Part shown: piece after piece, positions 21,838-31,660 of the stretch
How positions within the stretch are numbered: position 1 is the first letter of the stretch
Layout of the letters: each line of letters begins with the position of its first letter
Source of the DNA: Arcobacteraceae bacterium
GTDB lineage: Bacteria; Campylobacterota; Campylobacteria; Campylobacterales; Arcobacteraceae
Direction: 5' to 3'
Assembly (NCBI GenBank): GCA_963662945.1
Contig: OY759974.1
Location: 1,568,001 to 1,632,000 of the forward strand
Length of the DNA stretch: 64,000 nt
Notes under the pieces: model-generated
Told to the model about the DNA's origin: nothing
Databases searched by the model: none
The model's input: only the letters and a program-made list of their open reading frames with translations
Program-made: the position numbers and the translations under genes

Positions 21838-22506
21838 ATTTTAGTTGAATTTTTTACAACAAATGAAGATGAAAATATCGCTTATCATGTAGGTGATATA
21901 CGAACAAATGTTGATAATGCAAGAAAAAATTTAGCAAAAAAATATCACTATGATTACTTAAAACTTTGCTATATGGAACAAATACATTCTAATATCGTAA
22001 AAGTGGTTGAAGAGAATAAAACAGTTTATAAATGTGATGCTTTGGTAACCAATAAAAAAAATATTCCTTTGATGGTTATGGTGGCTGATTGTATCCCTAT
22101 ATTATTTTATGATAATGAAAAAAATGTCATAGCTGTAGCACATGCAGGAAGAGCTGGAACTTTTGAAAATATTGCAAAAAATACTTTAGAATGTATGAAA
22201 AAAAATTTTAATAGTAATATGAAAAATATTCAAGTAACTTTAGGTCCAAGTATTCAACAGTGTTGTTATGAAGTTTCAGAAGAGATGGCCCGAGAAGTTG
22301 AGTACAAATTTGGAAAAGAATATGTCAATCATAGAAATATTGATCTTCAAGGGATAAATAAAAAACAGTTACTCTCTGAAGGGGTTTTAGAAGATAATAT
22401 TACAATATCTCCAATATGTACACAATGTTCAAATCAGCCATACTTTTCATATAGAAAAGATAAAAATTGTGGTAGATTTGCTGGTATTATTATGATGGAA
22501 AGCTAA
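21838..22506 (+). CDS. pgeF: PgeF/YfiH-family protein (laccase-like purine nucleoside phosphorylase)
   Basis: NIAYHVGD upstream of the track ATG, then QIHS, DAL.T, ADC.P, HAG, GPSI..CCYEV, FSYR; true start lies upstream of 21973. Confidence 0.88.
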   Translation: MLVEFFTTNEDENIAYHVGDIRTNVDNARKNLAKKYHYDYLKLCYMEQIHSNIVKVVEENKTVYKCDALVTNKKNIPLMVMVADCIPILFYDNEKNVIAVAHAGRAGTFENIAKNTLECMKKNFNSNMKNIQVTLGPSIQQCCYEVSEEMAREVEYKFGKEYVNHRNIDLQGINKKQLLSEGVLEDNITISPICTQCSNQPYFSYRKDKNCGRFAGIIMMES

Positions 22507-22579
22507 AAATATAAAGTTTCATTGAAACTATTGTATAATGAATCTAATTTTAAATTTATAAAACACAAAGGTATGTAAT

Positions 22580-23467
22580 TTGATAGAAACAAGATGTGGA
22601 TTTGTAGCCACCGTTGGAAGACCAAATGCTGGTAAAAGTTCGTTGTTAAATTGGTTAGTTGGTGAAAAAATCACAATGGTTTCACATAAAGCGAATGCTA
22701 CACGAAAAAGATCAAATGTAATAGTAATGAATGGTGATGATCAAATAGTATTTATAGATACCCCAGGTATCCACGAAACAGAAAAACTTATTAATCAGTT
22801 TATGCTTGAAGAAGCTTTAAAAGCTATTGGAGATTGTGATTTAATACTTTATTTAGCTCCAGTTACAGATAAGATAAGTTATTATGAAAACTTTTTAGAG
22901 AAAAATACAAAGAATACAAAACATATATTACTTCTTACAAAAACAGATTTTGTGTCTCAAAGTGAAGTTTTTGCAAAAATGGATGAGTATAAGCAATTTG
23001 AAGATAAATATGAAGCTTTGATGACAGTATCTATTAAAAAAGGGAGAAAACAAAAAGATTTACTTGATGAAATCGTTAAACATCTTCCTGTTTCACCTCC
23101 ACTTTATGATACAGAGATTATGACAACATCACATTTACGAGAAATTTTCAAAGAGTTCATAAGGGAATCTGTTTTTGAAAATATTAGTGATGAAATACCT
23201 TATGAAACAGATGTCATTATTGAAAAAGTTGAGGAAAAGCCAAAGGTTGATGTTATAAAAGCTACTATCATTGTAGAAAAATCAACTCAAAAAGGGATGA
23301 TAATCGGAAAAGATGGGGCTGCTATCAAAAGAATAGGGCTTAATGCTAGAAAAAAAATAGAAAAACTTACTGGAAAAAAAGTTTATCTGGAACTTTTTGT
23401 CTCGATTAAAAAAGGATGGACTAAAAACAAAGACTCTTTAAAAGAGTTAGGCTATAACTTCGATTAA
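22580..23467 (+). CDS. era: GTPase Era
   Basis: GRPNAGKS, DTPG, KH domain GMIIGKDG. Confidence 0.97.
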   Translation: MIETRCGFVATVGRPNAGKSSLLNWLVGEKITMVSHKANATRKRSNVIVMNGDDQIVFIDTPGIHETEKLINQFMLEEALKAIGDCDLILYLAPVTDKISYYENFLEKNTKNTKHILLLTKTDFVSQSEVFAKMDEYKQFEDKYEALMTVSIKKGRKQKDLLDEIVKHLPVSPPLYDTEIMTTSHLREIFKEFIRESVFENISDEIPYETDVIIEKVEEKPKVDVIKATIIVEKSTQKGMIIGKDGAAIKRIGLNARKKIEKLTGKKVYLELFVSIKKGWTKNKDSLKELGYNFD

Positions 23468-23470
23468 GTT

Positions 23471-24379
23471 ATGGCTACTAAGACTTGGGAGATAATTGAT
23501 TGTTCAAATATTCAGAGTTTTAGTATAAAAGTTACTGAAGAGATTAGTGATAAATATCTTTTAGATTTTTTACGAACCTCTTTAGAAAATCAACAACTAG
23601 AGTTCAGTACAAACAGTAAATTTTATTACAATTTTATCCCCTCGTCACTCTCTTATGAGATAATATACTTTGAAGACACCTTAAAACTATCTGTTCCTGA
23701 ACCATTTATATTTATAGAAGAGTGTGATACAACTACAAAAGAGCTTTTTGTAACAAATCATTATTTTTGTCTTTTTGATTCTAAACAATTACTATTATAT
23801 AAAGATATAAAAAATATTTTGCAAGAAGATATTCAAACTTATATTGAGCAGTTATATAAAATAAAAATAGATAAAGTAACTGTAGTAGATGAGGAAAAAT
23901 ATGAGTTGATTAAAAATAAATTTTTATTACAAAATAAAAAACATTCATTTACTTTTTATTCCATGAAAAAAGAGAACTCTTTTCAAATATTTCTAATTTT
24001 TGTTTCTGTAATGATTGTATTATTTACATTTTTTCTTTATATTTCTCTAAATCCAAATCAACAAACAACAGCAAAAGATGAAAATATACCTTCTTATGAA
24101 AAAGGATATAAAAAACATCTTCTCATCTATAAAGAGATCGATAAAAAACCTGTTAATAGTTCCATAGAATTATTTGAGTATTTAGTTAGTCATAATATCT
24201 TTATTGAAAAATTAAGTTATAAAAATAGTAAATTAAATATTGTAGTAGAAAATAGTAGTAGGAAAAAACTTCTTGCAGTGATGAAAAATTACATAAAAAA
24301 TATAGAGATACAATCTATACAATTTGATGAAAAGTTGAACAAATATAAAATGGATATAAGTATAGATGTTAAAAAATAA
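23471..24379 (+). CDS. Putative T2SS/type IV pilus alignment protein (GspL/PilMN-like)
   Basis: Cytoplasmic domain, one TM, periplasmic tail; upstream of gspE/gspF homologues. Confidence 0.5.
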   Translation: MATKTWEIIDCSNIQSFSIKVTEEISDKYLLDFLRTSLENQQLEFSTNSKFYYNFIPSSLSYEIIYFEDTLKLSVPEPFIFIEECDTTTKELFVTNHYFCLFDSKQLLLYKDIKNILQEDIQTYIEQLYKIKIDKVTVVDEEKYELIKNKFLLQNKKHSFTFYSMKKENSFQIFLIFVSVMIVLFTFFLYISLNPNQQTTAKDENIPSYEKGYKKHLLIYKEIDKKPVNSSIELFEYLVSHNIFIEKLSYKNSKLNIVVENSSRKKLLAVMKNYIKNIEIQSIQFDEKLNKYKMDISIDVKK

Positions 24380-25082
24380 TTTTGAAAATCTCCCTTTAAG
24401 GGAAAAAATACAATTATATTTTATAGTAGCCATATTTTTTATACTAGTTTTTGTATTTTTGCAGGAATTATTTTTTGTTGATGGGAAAAAAGAATCAGAG
24501 CAAAAACAATACTTGAGTTTAAAAAGCTTATCCAATAAAATCGTTGTCAAAAACAATAAAGAACTTATAGATTATATTGAAACAGAACTGGCAAAAGATA
24601 CTCTATTTGTACAATCTATTACAACATCAAATCAAACTATCTCTTTAAATATAAATGGTTCATTTGATTCAGTTATACAGTTTTTACATAGAGTAGAACA
24701 ACATTTGGTTATAGATGAATTTTTTTTAGATAAGAGCGATTCAAATACTACAATGATAAAAAGCAGGATTGTATTTTTAAATCATTATTTTGCAAATCCA
24801 AATCAACATGATGTTGTATTAAAAAATATAAAAAATCCTTTTGAAAATGAGAATATATCTGTTGTAGAAAAAAAGGAAAGTCAAAGAGAAAAAGAGGTAC
24901 AGGTAAAATCAATACAAATAGAGGCAATTATATTTAATGAAGTTTTTATAGATGGGGATTGGTATAAAATTGGAGATATATTTCAAGAAAATAAGATTGT
25001 TCAAATAGAGCCAACTTTAGTAGAATTTGTAGATACAAAGACAAATAAAATAAAAACTATAAGGTTGGAAATTGATGAATAA
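24366..25082 (+). CDS. Putative PilO/GspM-like membrane protein
   Basis: LPLREK..TM start, G.F..V..FL..VE segment; operon context. Confidence 0.5.
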   Translation: MLKNNFENLPLREKIQLYFIVAIFFILVFVFLQELFFVDGKKESEQKQYLSLKSLSNKIVVKNNKELIDYIETELAKDTLFVQSITTSNQTISLNINGSFDSVIQFLHRVEQHLVIDEFFLDKSDSNTTMIKSRIVFLNHYFANPNQHDVVLKNIKNPFENENISVVEKKESQREKEVQVKSIQIEAIIFNEVFIDGDWYKIGDIFQENKIVQIEPTLVEFVDTKTNKIKTIRLEIDE

Positions 25083-26469
25083 TAGCTTACTTGATTTTGA
25101 TATAGAATATGATATTTTGGATAGTTTTGATACTGAGAAGTTGTATGAATATAATTTTATACCATTATATAAAGAGCAATTATTTGTAATAGTAGCTACA
25201 TCCAATGAAGATAATGATATTGACAAGTTAGTAGATATTTTTAATCAACCAATAAAATTGATTTTTGTAGAGCATCAAGAGTTACAATTTGAATGGAAAA
25301 ATCTTCTTTTCAAAAGAAGATTATATAATTTGGCAAGAAAAGCTGTAAACTATAATAAAGAGAATAACAACTCCTATATTTTGGAATTTTTTGATGAGGT
25401 TTTATCCTTTAGTATAAAAAATAATGTAAGTGATATACATTTTGAATGTTTTGAAAATAGTATTGTATTGCGATGTAGAATTGATGGTGTTTTGAATCAG
25501 TTTTTTCGATTTAATATTGCTTTGTATCAAGTGATAAGTTCTGCTATAAAATACTTAGGAAATTTAGATTTAGCACAAAGAAGAATTCCTTTAAATTCTC
25601 GATTAACAAGAAAGATAGAGGCCACAAACTATGATATTAGAATCTCTACTATGCCATCAATTCATGGTGAATCAATTGTATTACGGATACTAGACAATGG
25701 AAATATAGATAAAAACTTGCAAGATATAGGCTTCGAGCAAAAAACATTGGAAGCTATTGAAACTATTTTAACTTTAACACAAGGTTTGGTATTAGTAACT
25801 GGACCTACAGGAAGTGGGAAAACAACTACACTTTATTCTATGTTAAATAAAATAAATACAAAAGAGAAAAAAATAATTACTATTGAAGACCCAGTTGAGT
25901 ATAAACTTGATGGGGTTGTACAGGTCAATCTGAATCCAGATATAGATTTAGATTATCCAACAGTACTTAAAAATGTGTTACGTCAGGATCCAGATATATT
26001 GCTTATAGGAGAGATACGAGATATAGAGTCACTTCAAATAGCTATACAAGCTTCCCTTACTGGTCACTTGGTCATTGCAACATTGCATACGAATAGTGCT
26101 GTAGAAACTATCACAAGGCTCTTAGATCTAAATGCCCCATCCTATCTTATAGCAGCAACACTAAAAATGGTCATTTCCCAAAGACTTCTACGAGTATTGT
26201 GTAGCCATTGTAAAGAGGAAGAGAAAGATTTTACTTATAAAAGTGTAGGGTGTAAGGAGTGTAATTTTACTGGATATAAAGGGAGACAAGTAGTCTCTGA
26301 GGTATTAAAAATAAATAGTGATATTGCAAGATTAATGAGTGAATATAAAGATGTGTCTAAAATTGAAAGTTATTTGGATACGCATGATTTTCATTCGTTA
26401 TTGGATAATGGGAAAAAGTTACTCCTTGAGGGGAAAACTTCTTACAGTGAATTGTATAGTAAAATTTAG
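25072..26469 (+). CDS. gspE: GspE/PilB-family assembly ATPase (CtsE-like)
   Basis: SDIHFE, GPTGSGKTT, TIEDPVEY, RQDPD..IGEIRD, TGHL..TLH, CxxC...CxxC. Confidence 0.92.
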   Translation: MMNNSLLDFDIEYDILDSFDTEKLYEYNFIPLYKEQLFVIVATSNEDNDIDKLVDIFNQPIKLIFVEHQELQFEWKNLLFKRRLYNLARKAVNYNKENNNSYILEFFDEVLSFSIKNNVSDIHFECFENSIVLRCRIDGVLNQFFRFNIALYQVISSAIKYLGNLDLAQRRIPLNSRLTRKIEATNYDIRISTMPSIHGESIVLRILDNGNIDKNLQDIGFEQKTLEAIETILTLTQGLVLVTGPTGSGKTTTLYSMLNKINTKEKKIITIEDPVEYKLDGVVQVNLNPDIDLDYPTVLKNVLRQDPDILLIGEIRDIESLQIAIQASLTGHLVIATLHTNSAVETITRLLDLNAPSYLIAATLKMVISQRLLRVLCSHCKEEEKDFTYKSVGCKECNFTGYKGRQVVSEVLKINSDIARLMSEYKDVSKIESYLDTHDFHSLLDNGKKLLLEGKTSYSELYSKI

Positions 26470-27633
26470 ATGAAATATAAAATAGTATATCAGCAAGATG
26501 GAAAAATAGAGACAATCAAAGTAAATAATTTAGAAAATTTACCAAAGAATATTATAAAAATTCAGGAAAAAAAAGTAGTTCCAAATTTTCAATTAAAACA
26601 TAATCATAAAAAAAATATTCTTTATATGTTTGAACAATTAACTATTATGTTAAATGCAAATATTACATTGAGTGAAGCTATAGATTTATCTTTGAAAACA
26701 GAACAAGATAAGACTATAAGAGAGATTTTGCTCATAATGCAAGATTCAATAACAAGTGGAAAACCAATAGATAAAGCACTGCAAAAATATGATTCTATCT
26801 TAGGGGAGGTAACCATATTATTTTTAAAACTTGGAATTGAAAATGGGAATATCAAACAATCCTTAAATTCATTGACCCAACTTCTTCAAGAAGATATGAA
26901 AATAAAAACAAAACTTGATGATACCTTGCGTTATCCAAAGTTGTTAATAAGTTCACTAGTAATTTCTCTTGCAATGGTTTTTATATATGTAGTACCAAAT
27001 TTTGAGTATATTTTTACTATGAATCAAAATCAAATTCCACTCTCAACTCAAATTTTAATAGGAATAAATACTCTTTTGAAAAACTATTTTTATTTGGTTG
27101 TATTGGGTGTTGTTGGGGTGAGTTTATTGTTATATTACGGTGTTTATAAAAGATTTACTTTTTTTGTTCATAAATTTATCATTTTACAGCTACCACTTTT
27201 CAATAGAATTTTAAAAGATTATTATTTTTATAGATTTTTTTTATTAATATCAATCATTGTCAATTCTAAATATCAGTTTCAAATTGCAATAGAAAATAGT
27301 AAAAATATTATCCCAAATCTTTACATTAAAAGATTAATAGAAACAATTATGGGTGATATTAAAAATGGTACTTCAATCGCAACTGCATTTGAAAAAACAA
27401 AACTTTTTGATCCTCTCACAATACAGTTACTCTTCACCGCTGAACACACAGCTTCCTATGAGACTATTTTAGAAGATTTAGCTATCTATTACAAGCAAAA
27501 GTTTCAGACAAGTTTAAAAGTTTTTTCATCATATATTGAACCTGCTATTATTTTATCCATAGCATCTGTTGTATTATGGCTTATGTTAGCAATCATGTTG
27601 CCTATTTGGAATATGAGTTCTTTTTTATCGTAA
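26470..27633 (+). CDS. gspF: GspF/PilC-family inner-membrane platform protein (CtsF-like)
   Basis: Two T2SSF repeats, ENG, LRYP, IEP, three TMs. Confidence 0.9.
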   Translation: MKYKIVYQQDGKIETIKVNNLENLPKNIIKIQEKKVVPNFQLKHNHKKNILYMFEQLTIMLNANITLSEAIDLSLKTEQDKTIREILLIMQDSITSGKPIDKALQKYDSILGEVTILFLKLGIENGNIKQSLNSLTQLLQEDMKIKTKLDDTLRYPKLLISSLVISLAMVFIYVVPNFEYIFTMNQNQIPLSTQILIGINTLLKNYFYLVVLGVVGVSLLLYYGVYKRFTFFVHKFIILQLPLFNRILKDYYFYRFFLLISIIVNSKYQFQIAIENSKNIIPNLYIKRLIETIMGDIKNGTSIATAFEKTKLFDPLTIQLLFTAEHTASYETILEDLAIYYKQKFQTSLKVFSSYIEPAIILSIASVVLWLMLAIMLPIWNMSSFLS

Positions 27634-28863
27634 ATTCTGTGCCAAAGTATACCCACTAGCCCAAGCAAAATGGAGATTATATCCTCCACAATCCCCATCT
27701 ACATCTAAAACTTCACCAATAAAATAGAGATTTTTTTGAAGTTTTGATTCCATTGTGTGTAGATTAATATCTTCAAGAGTAACACCACCTGCACACACTT
27801 CACAAGTTTCAAAACCTTTTGTATCTATGATATTAAACTCAAGATTTTTTATAGTATGCACAATTTTTAAAATATCTTTTCTATTTAAAAATTGTGCAGA
27901 TTTTATATTGTCTGGAATCTTTGAAGCTATGATAATATAACGACTAAGTTTTTTATTTACAATACCATCAAGCCAATGAGAAATATCTCTAGTGGCTAAT
28001 GTTTTAGCTCTATGTAGAAGCATATCAACTAATTTATTTTTAGAAAATGCTGGGAGAATATCAACAGTAACTTTTACACTTTTTTGGTGTTGTAATTTGT
28101 ATGAAATTTCTCTACTAATATCTAAAATAGCAGAACCAGAAAGTCCATATTTTGTAAAGAGAATATCACCTTGTTTGTTTTCTACAACTCCATCTATTTT
28201 AACTCCACTAATCATATCTAAATTTTTATCATCACTTACAAGTTGTACTAAAGATGCAAATGGATCAATAATATTATGATTGAATTGTTTTGCAAAGTTA
28301 TAACCACTTGTATCTCCACCAAGTTTTGGCATAGCTGTACTTCCAGTTGCAATAATAAGTTTGTCATATTTTTTATTGTTTATAATATAATATTGACCAT
28401 CATAATTTATATTTTCTATTTTTGTATTTAAGTTAATAGTGACATTATTATGTAAAGCTTCATATTCAAGACTATCTACAATACTTGAAGAGTTTTGGGA
28501 CATGGGATAAACTCTTCCTATTTCATTATTAACAAACTCTACACCTATGTTATTAAAAAAATCTTTACATTTTTTATAGTTAAAGTTTTCTAGAATAGGT
28601 TTTATTAGCGAAATATTTGAGTGGGAGTAAAAGTTATTTAATGAGATATTCTCATTAGTTACATTACATCTTCCATTTCCAGTAGCTAAAAGTTTTTTAC
28701 CTACTTTATTATTTTTTTCAAAGATTGTAACGTGATGATTTTTTTTTGCTAAAAAAATAGATGCAAGAAGACCAGAAGCTCCTGCACCTATGATAGCAAT
28801 ATTGTATTGTAAAATATTTTTTTTATTCAATGGTGAAGTTTGTAGTGTATTCTTTTTGCTCAT
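27625..28863 (-). CDS. HI0933/BaiN-family flavoprotein
   Basis: GAGASG, GKKLLATGNGRCNVTN, GE.LDVDG.CGGYNL. Confidence 0.92.
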   Translation of the reverse strand: MSKKNTLQTSPLNKKNILQYNIAIIGAGASGLLASIFLAKKNHHVTIFEKNNKVGKKLLATGNGRCNVTNENISLNNFYSHSNISLIKPILENFNYKKCKDFFNNIGVEFVNNEIGRVYPMSQNSSSIVDSLEYEALHNNVTINLNTKIENINYDGQYYIINNKKYDKLIIATGSTAMPKLGGDTSGYNFAKQFNHNIIDPFASLVQLVSDDKNLDMISGVKIDGVVENKQGDILFTKYGLSGSAILDISREISYKLQHQKSVKVTVDILPAFSKNKLVDMLLHRAKTLATRDISHWLDGIVNKKLSRYIIIASKIPDNIKSAQFLNRKDILKIVHTIKNLEFNIIDTKGFETCEVCAGGVTLEDINLHTMESKLQKNLYFIGEVLDVDGDCGGYNLHFAWASGYTLAQNLR

Positions 28864-29158
28864 CTATAACTTTAAAAGTCCATACACCTTTTGTTCTACC
28901 TTCAATATATCTATAGTCATAGACTGAACCATGATTAGCAGGGATTGTCATTTCTCTTTCTCTTGTTACTGTGTTATCAGGTTCTATCCATTGTATACGT
29001 ATATTTTTTTCATAATCAACTCTATTTACACTATACTTACAGATAATTGAGTTTTCATCTTCAAGTATTAAACAATCTACATTGTTCTCTTCAGCATACG
29101 CAAATTGAAAAAAACACAATGTGAAAAGGTATAAGAAAAAATATTTAGTTTTCATCAC
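28823..29158 (-). CDS. Hypothetical exported beta-rich protein
   Basis: Signal peptide (AYA-E), Cys pair, G.W.FKV motif. Confidence 0.7.
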   Translation of the reverse strand: MMKTKYFFLYLFTLCFFQFAYAEENNVDCLILEDENSIICKYSVNRVDYEKNIRIQWIEPDNTVTREREMTIPANHGSVYDYRYIEGRTKGVWTFKVIDEQKEYTTNFTIE

Positions 29159-29210
29159 AGTTCCCTTTATAAATAATTCTTATTTTAGCTAGTTAGATAT
29201 AATAGTTATA

Positions 29211-30047
29211 TTAAACCCATATATTATCAATTAATCTTGTATTTCCTATTTTTACAGCTATTAATATAATACTATTTTTTATTTGCACAGTATTAATTTC
29301 ATTAAATTCCCTATCTACAATAGTGATATACTCAACATTTAATTCTGAATATTGAGATAAATAATTTCTCATTTCGTTTACAATGAATGAAGAATTCGTT
29401 TTATTTGCACCAATAGATTTTGCAGCAAATTTAAGTGATTTTGAGATGTTTAATGCTAATTCTCTTTGTTGTTTATCTAAATAAACATTTCTACTACTCA
29501 TAGCTAAGCCATCACTTTCTCTTACTATATCACAAGCAATAATGTTAATATCTAAATAAAAATTTTTTACCATTTGATTTATAAGAGAAAGTTGTTGTGC
29601 ATCTTTTTTTCCAAAATAAGCATTAGTAGGTTTTACTATATTAAAAAGTTTGAGAACGATTTGTAACATACCATCAAAGTGACCAGGTCTTTTTTCACCT
29701 TCTAAGATGAAACCTTTAATTTTAGGTGCTTTTATAAGTACTTCATCTTTTTCATACATCATCTCTTTGTTTGGTAAAAAAAGATAATCAACACCTGCTA
29801 ACTCACATAATTTTGAATCTGCTTGTTCTTTTTTAGGGTATTTATCTAAATCTTCACCTTGTAAAAATTGAGTAGGATTGACAAATATAGAAACAATTAC
29901 AATATCATTTTCTTTTCTAGCTTTTGAGATTAAGCTTAAATGTCCCTCATGAAGTGCACCCATTGTTGGTACAAAACCTATTGTTTTATCTTGTTTAGAC
30001 TGTTTTAGTTCATTCTTTAATATATCGATTTGATTTATTGTTATCAT
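29211..30047 (-). CDS. panC: Pantoate--beta-alanine ligase
   Basis: [35 protein letters not shown]. Confidence 0.98.
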   Translation of the reverse strand: MITINQIDILKNELKQSKQDKTIGFVPTMGALHEGHLSLISKARKENDIVIVSIFVNPTQFLQGEDLDKYPKKEQADSKLCELAGVDYLFLPNKEMMYEKDEVLIKAPKIKGFILEGEKRPGHFDGMLQIVLKLFNIVKPTNAYFGKKDAQQLSLINQMVKNFYLDINIIACDIVRESDGLAMSSRNVYLDKQQRELALNISKSLKFAAKSIGANKTNSSFIVNEMRNYLSQYSELNVEYITIVDREFNEINTVQIKNSIILIAVKIGNTRLIDNIWV

Positions 30048-30063
30048 AGTAAGGAGTAATAAT

Positions 30064-30348
30064 TTAGGCTTTTATATCAATAAGTGTTCTATGAACTGAA
30101 CTTTGTGTTGAAATTACTTCAGCATTTGCAGTATATGCAATTGGTATTTCTATTTGTTTTAACATCTCTTTTGCTATATCAATATCTTGTGTAGTATCTT
30201 CTTGATTCGTTACATTACTTTGTAAATTTTTTTGATCTTTTTGTTCTGTTTGTTCATTATCAAGATTAAGTTTTGAAAGTGCACTAGCACTTTGTTCCAA
30301 TTTTTTCTCTAGTTGGAGCATAGAATTGAGATTATTATTGATTTGCAT
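30064..30348 (-). CDS. Small helical protein resembling a flagellar rod/hook C-terminal domain
   Basis: DIAKEM...AYTANA.VI...TLIDIKA C-terminus; start reassigned to ATG after AAGGTG SD. Confidence 0.6.
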   Translation of the reverse strand: MQINNNLNSMLQLEKKLEQSASALSKLNLDNEQTEQKDQKNLQSNVTNQEDTTQDIDIAKEMLKQIEIPIAYTANAEVISTQSSVHRTLIDIKA

Positions 30349-30844
30349 TTTCTTCACCTTTAAGTTGAAGTAGAATTTTATTTAAGTTAGTTTGTGTTGC
30401 TATTGTATTATCAGCACCACTTGCATCTGCAACACCAGAAGCAGCTTTCTGTATTTGATCTAATTTAAATGCTGCTGCTTTAGGGTCTGTTGGAATTGAT
30501 GTATCGAATCTCACACTTCCTCCTACTGCATACATTTTACCATCAGGACCTTGCTGATAAGTGTATGATATTGGAGTAGTTGTATGTCCTATACTTGCAT
30601 GTATTTGTTCGTGTGTACGAACTTGTGCATCAGATTGTTTGAACTTTGCTAAAACCCTAGCAAAATCTTTTTCATCATAATTCGTAGCTTGTGATGATTG
30701 TTCAATATAGTCTTTTTTAGAAACACTATCGACAGCTTTTTCTTGCTCTGCTTTTGCTAATTGGGCATATTTTGACGATAATTTTGAGTATAACTGATTC
30801 ACTGATAAGTTTTCAAAACTATCTGTAATTATCTCCATAACCAT
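30335..30844 (-). CDS. SprA-related putative metalloprotease-family protein
   Basis: D..VRTHEQIH (HExxH) and YQQGPDGKMYAVGG.V motifs. Confidence 0.75.
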   Translation of the reverse strand: MVMEIITDSFENLSVNQLYSKLSSKYAQLAKAEQEKAVDSVSKKDYIEQSSQATNYDEKDFARVLAKFKQSDAQVRTHEQIHASIGHTTTPISYTYQQGPDGKMYAVGGSVRFDTSIPTDPKAAAFKLDQIQKAASGVADASGADNTIATQTNLNKILLQLKGEENANQ

Positions 30845-30933
30845 CCCTTTATATGATTTCTTTAGATAATTATATCTAAATTTCTTAAAATTAAATTAAA
30901 AATATAAAAGTAATTGATTATTTGTAGTAAGAG

Positions 30934-30965
30934 AAAAATATCCTCATCATTTTTGATGAGGATAT
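30934..30965 (-). terminator. Intrinsic terminator after the Sud-like rhodanese
   Basis: ATATCCTCATCA-TTTT-TGATGAGGATAT hairpin with T tract on the minus strand. Confidence 0.8.
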
Positions 30966-30972
30966 AAAAAAA

Positions 30973-31488
30973 TTATTTTTTACAATGTTCTGCTGTAAAT
31001 GTACCAAACTTTTGTTTTGTACCATGTTTATCTTCATGTGTACTGTATTTGTTTTTGAATGGTTCACAACCATCAATCCAAGTTACAATACCATAAATTT
31101 TAACTTCTTTGAATCCCATTTTTCTAAAAGTTTCTGCTTCTATTGCTGCTCTTGAAGCAGTATTACAAACTACTATAATTTTATCTTTTACAAATTTTTT
31201 GTTATCATCAAGTACAACGTTTGCTAAAGCTTTTTCTGGAGCTTGTCTACCAATTCTTGTTGAACCAGGGATATGAGCACCAGCCCATTCTTCCATTGTT
31301 CTAACGTCTACAACAGCCCAATCTTTTGATGCTAACGCAGCTTTAACGTCTGCAGTAGATGCGATTTGACCATTTTTTTTAGCTTCAGATTTTAAATGTT
31401 TTGTTAAACCTTTGTAATCTACAAATTCAGATGCAGTTGCTGCACCAGCCAATAATGTTGTTGCTAATAATATATTAGTTAATTTCAT
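30973..31488 (-). CDS. Exported rhodanese/sulfurtransferase, Sud-like
   Basis: Signal peptide (ATA-S), VDVRT..EW...HIPG, loop CNTASRA. Confidence 0.85.
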   Translation of the reverse strand: MKLTNILLATTLLAGAATASEFVDYKGLTKHLKSEAKKNGQIASTADVKAALASKDWAVVDVRTMEEWAGAHIPGSTRIGRQAPEKALANVVLDDNKKFVKDKIIVVCNTASRAAIEAETFRKMGFKEVKIYGIVTWIDGCEPFKNKYSTHEDKHGTKQKFGTFTAEHCKK

Positions 31489-31660
31489 AATATATGTTCT
31501 CCTAGTTTTGTTTTATTTCTATAAGTTTTACTAATAAATTAAATAATTCTTCATTATTTAGTATAAGTAAAAGTTATATGTTGATGAAAATTGTATCACT
31601 ATTTTCTTATAGTAAACTTAAAAATTTAAATATAATTGACTAATAGTCAAAATATAATTA

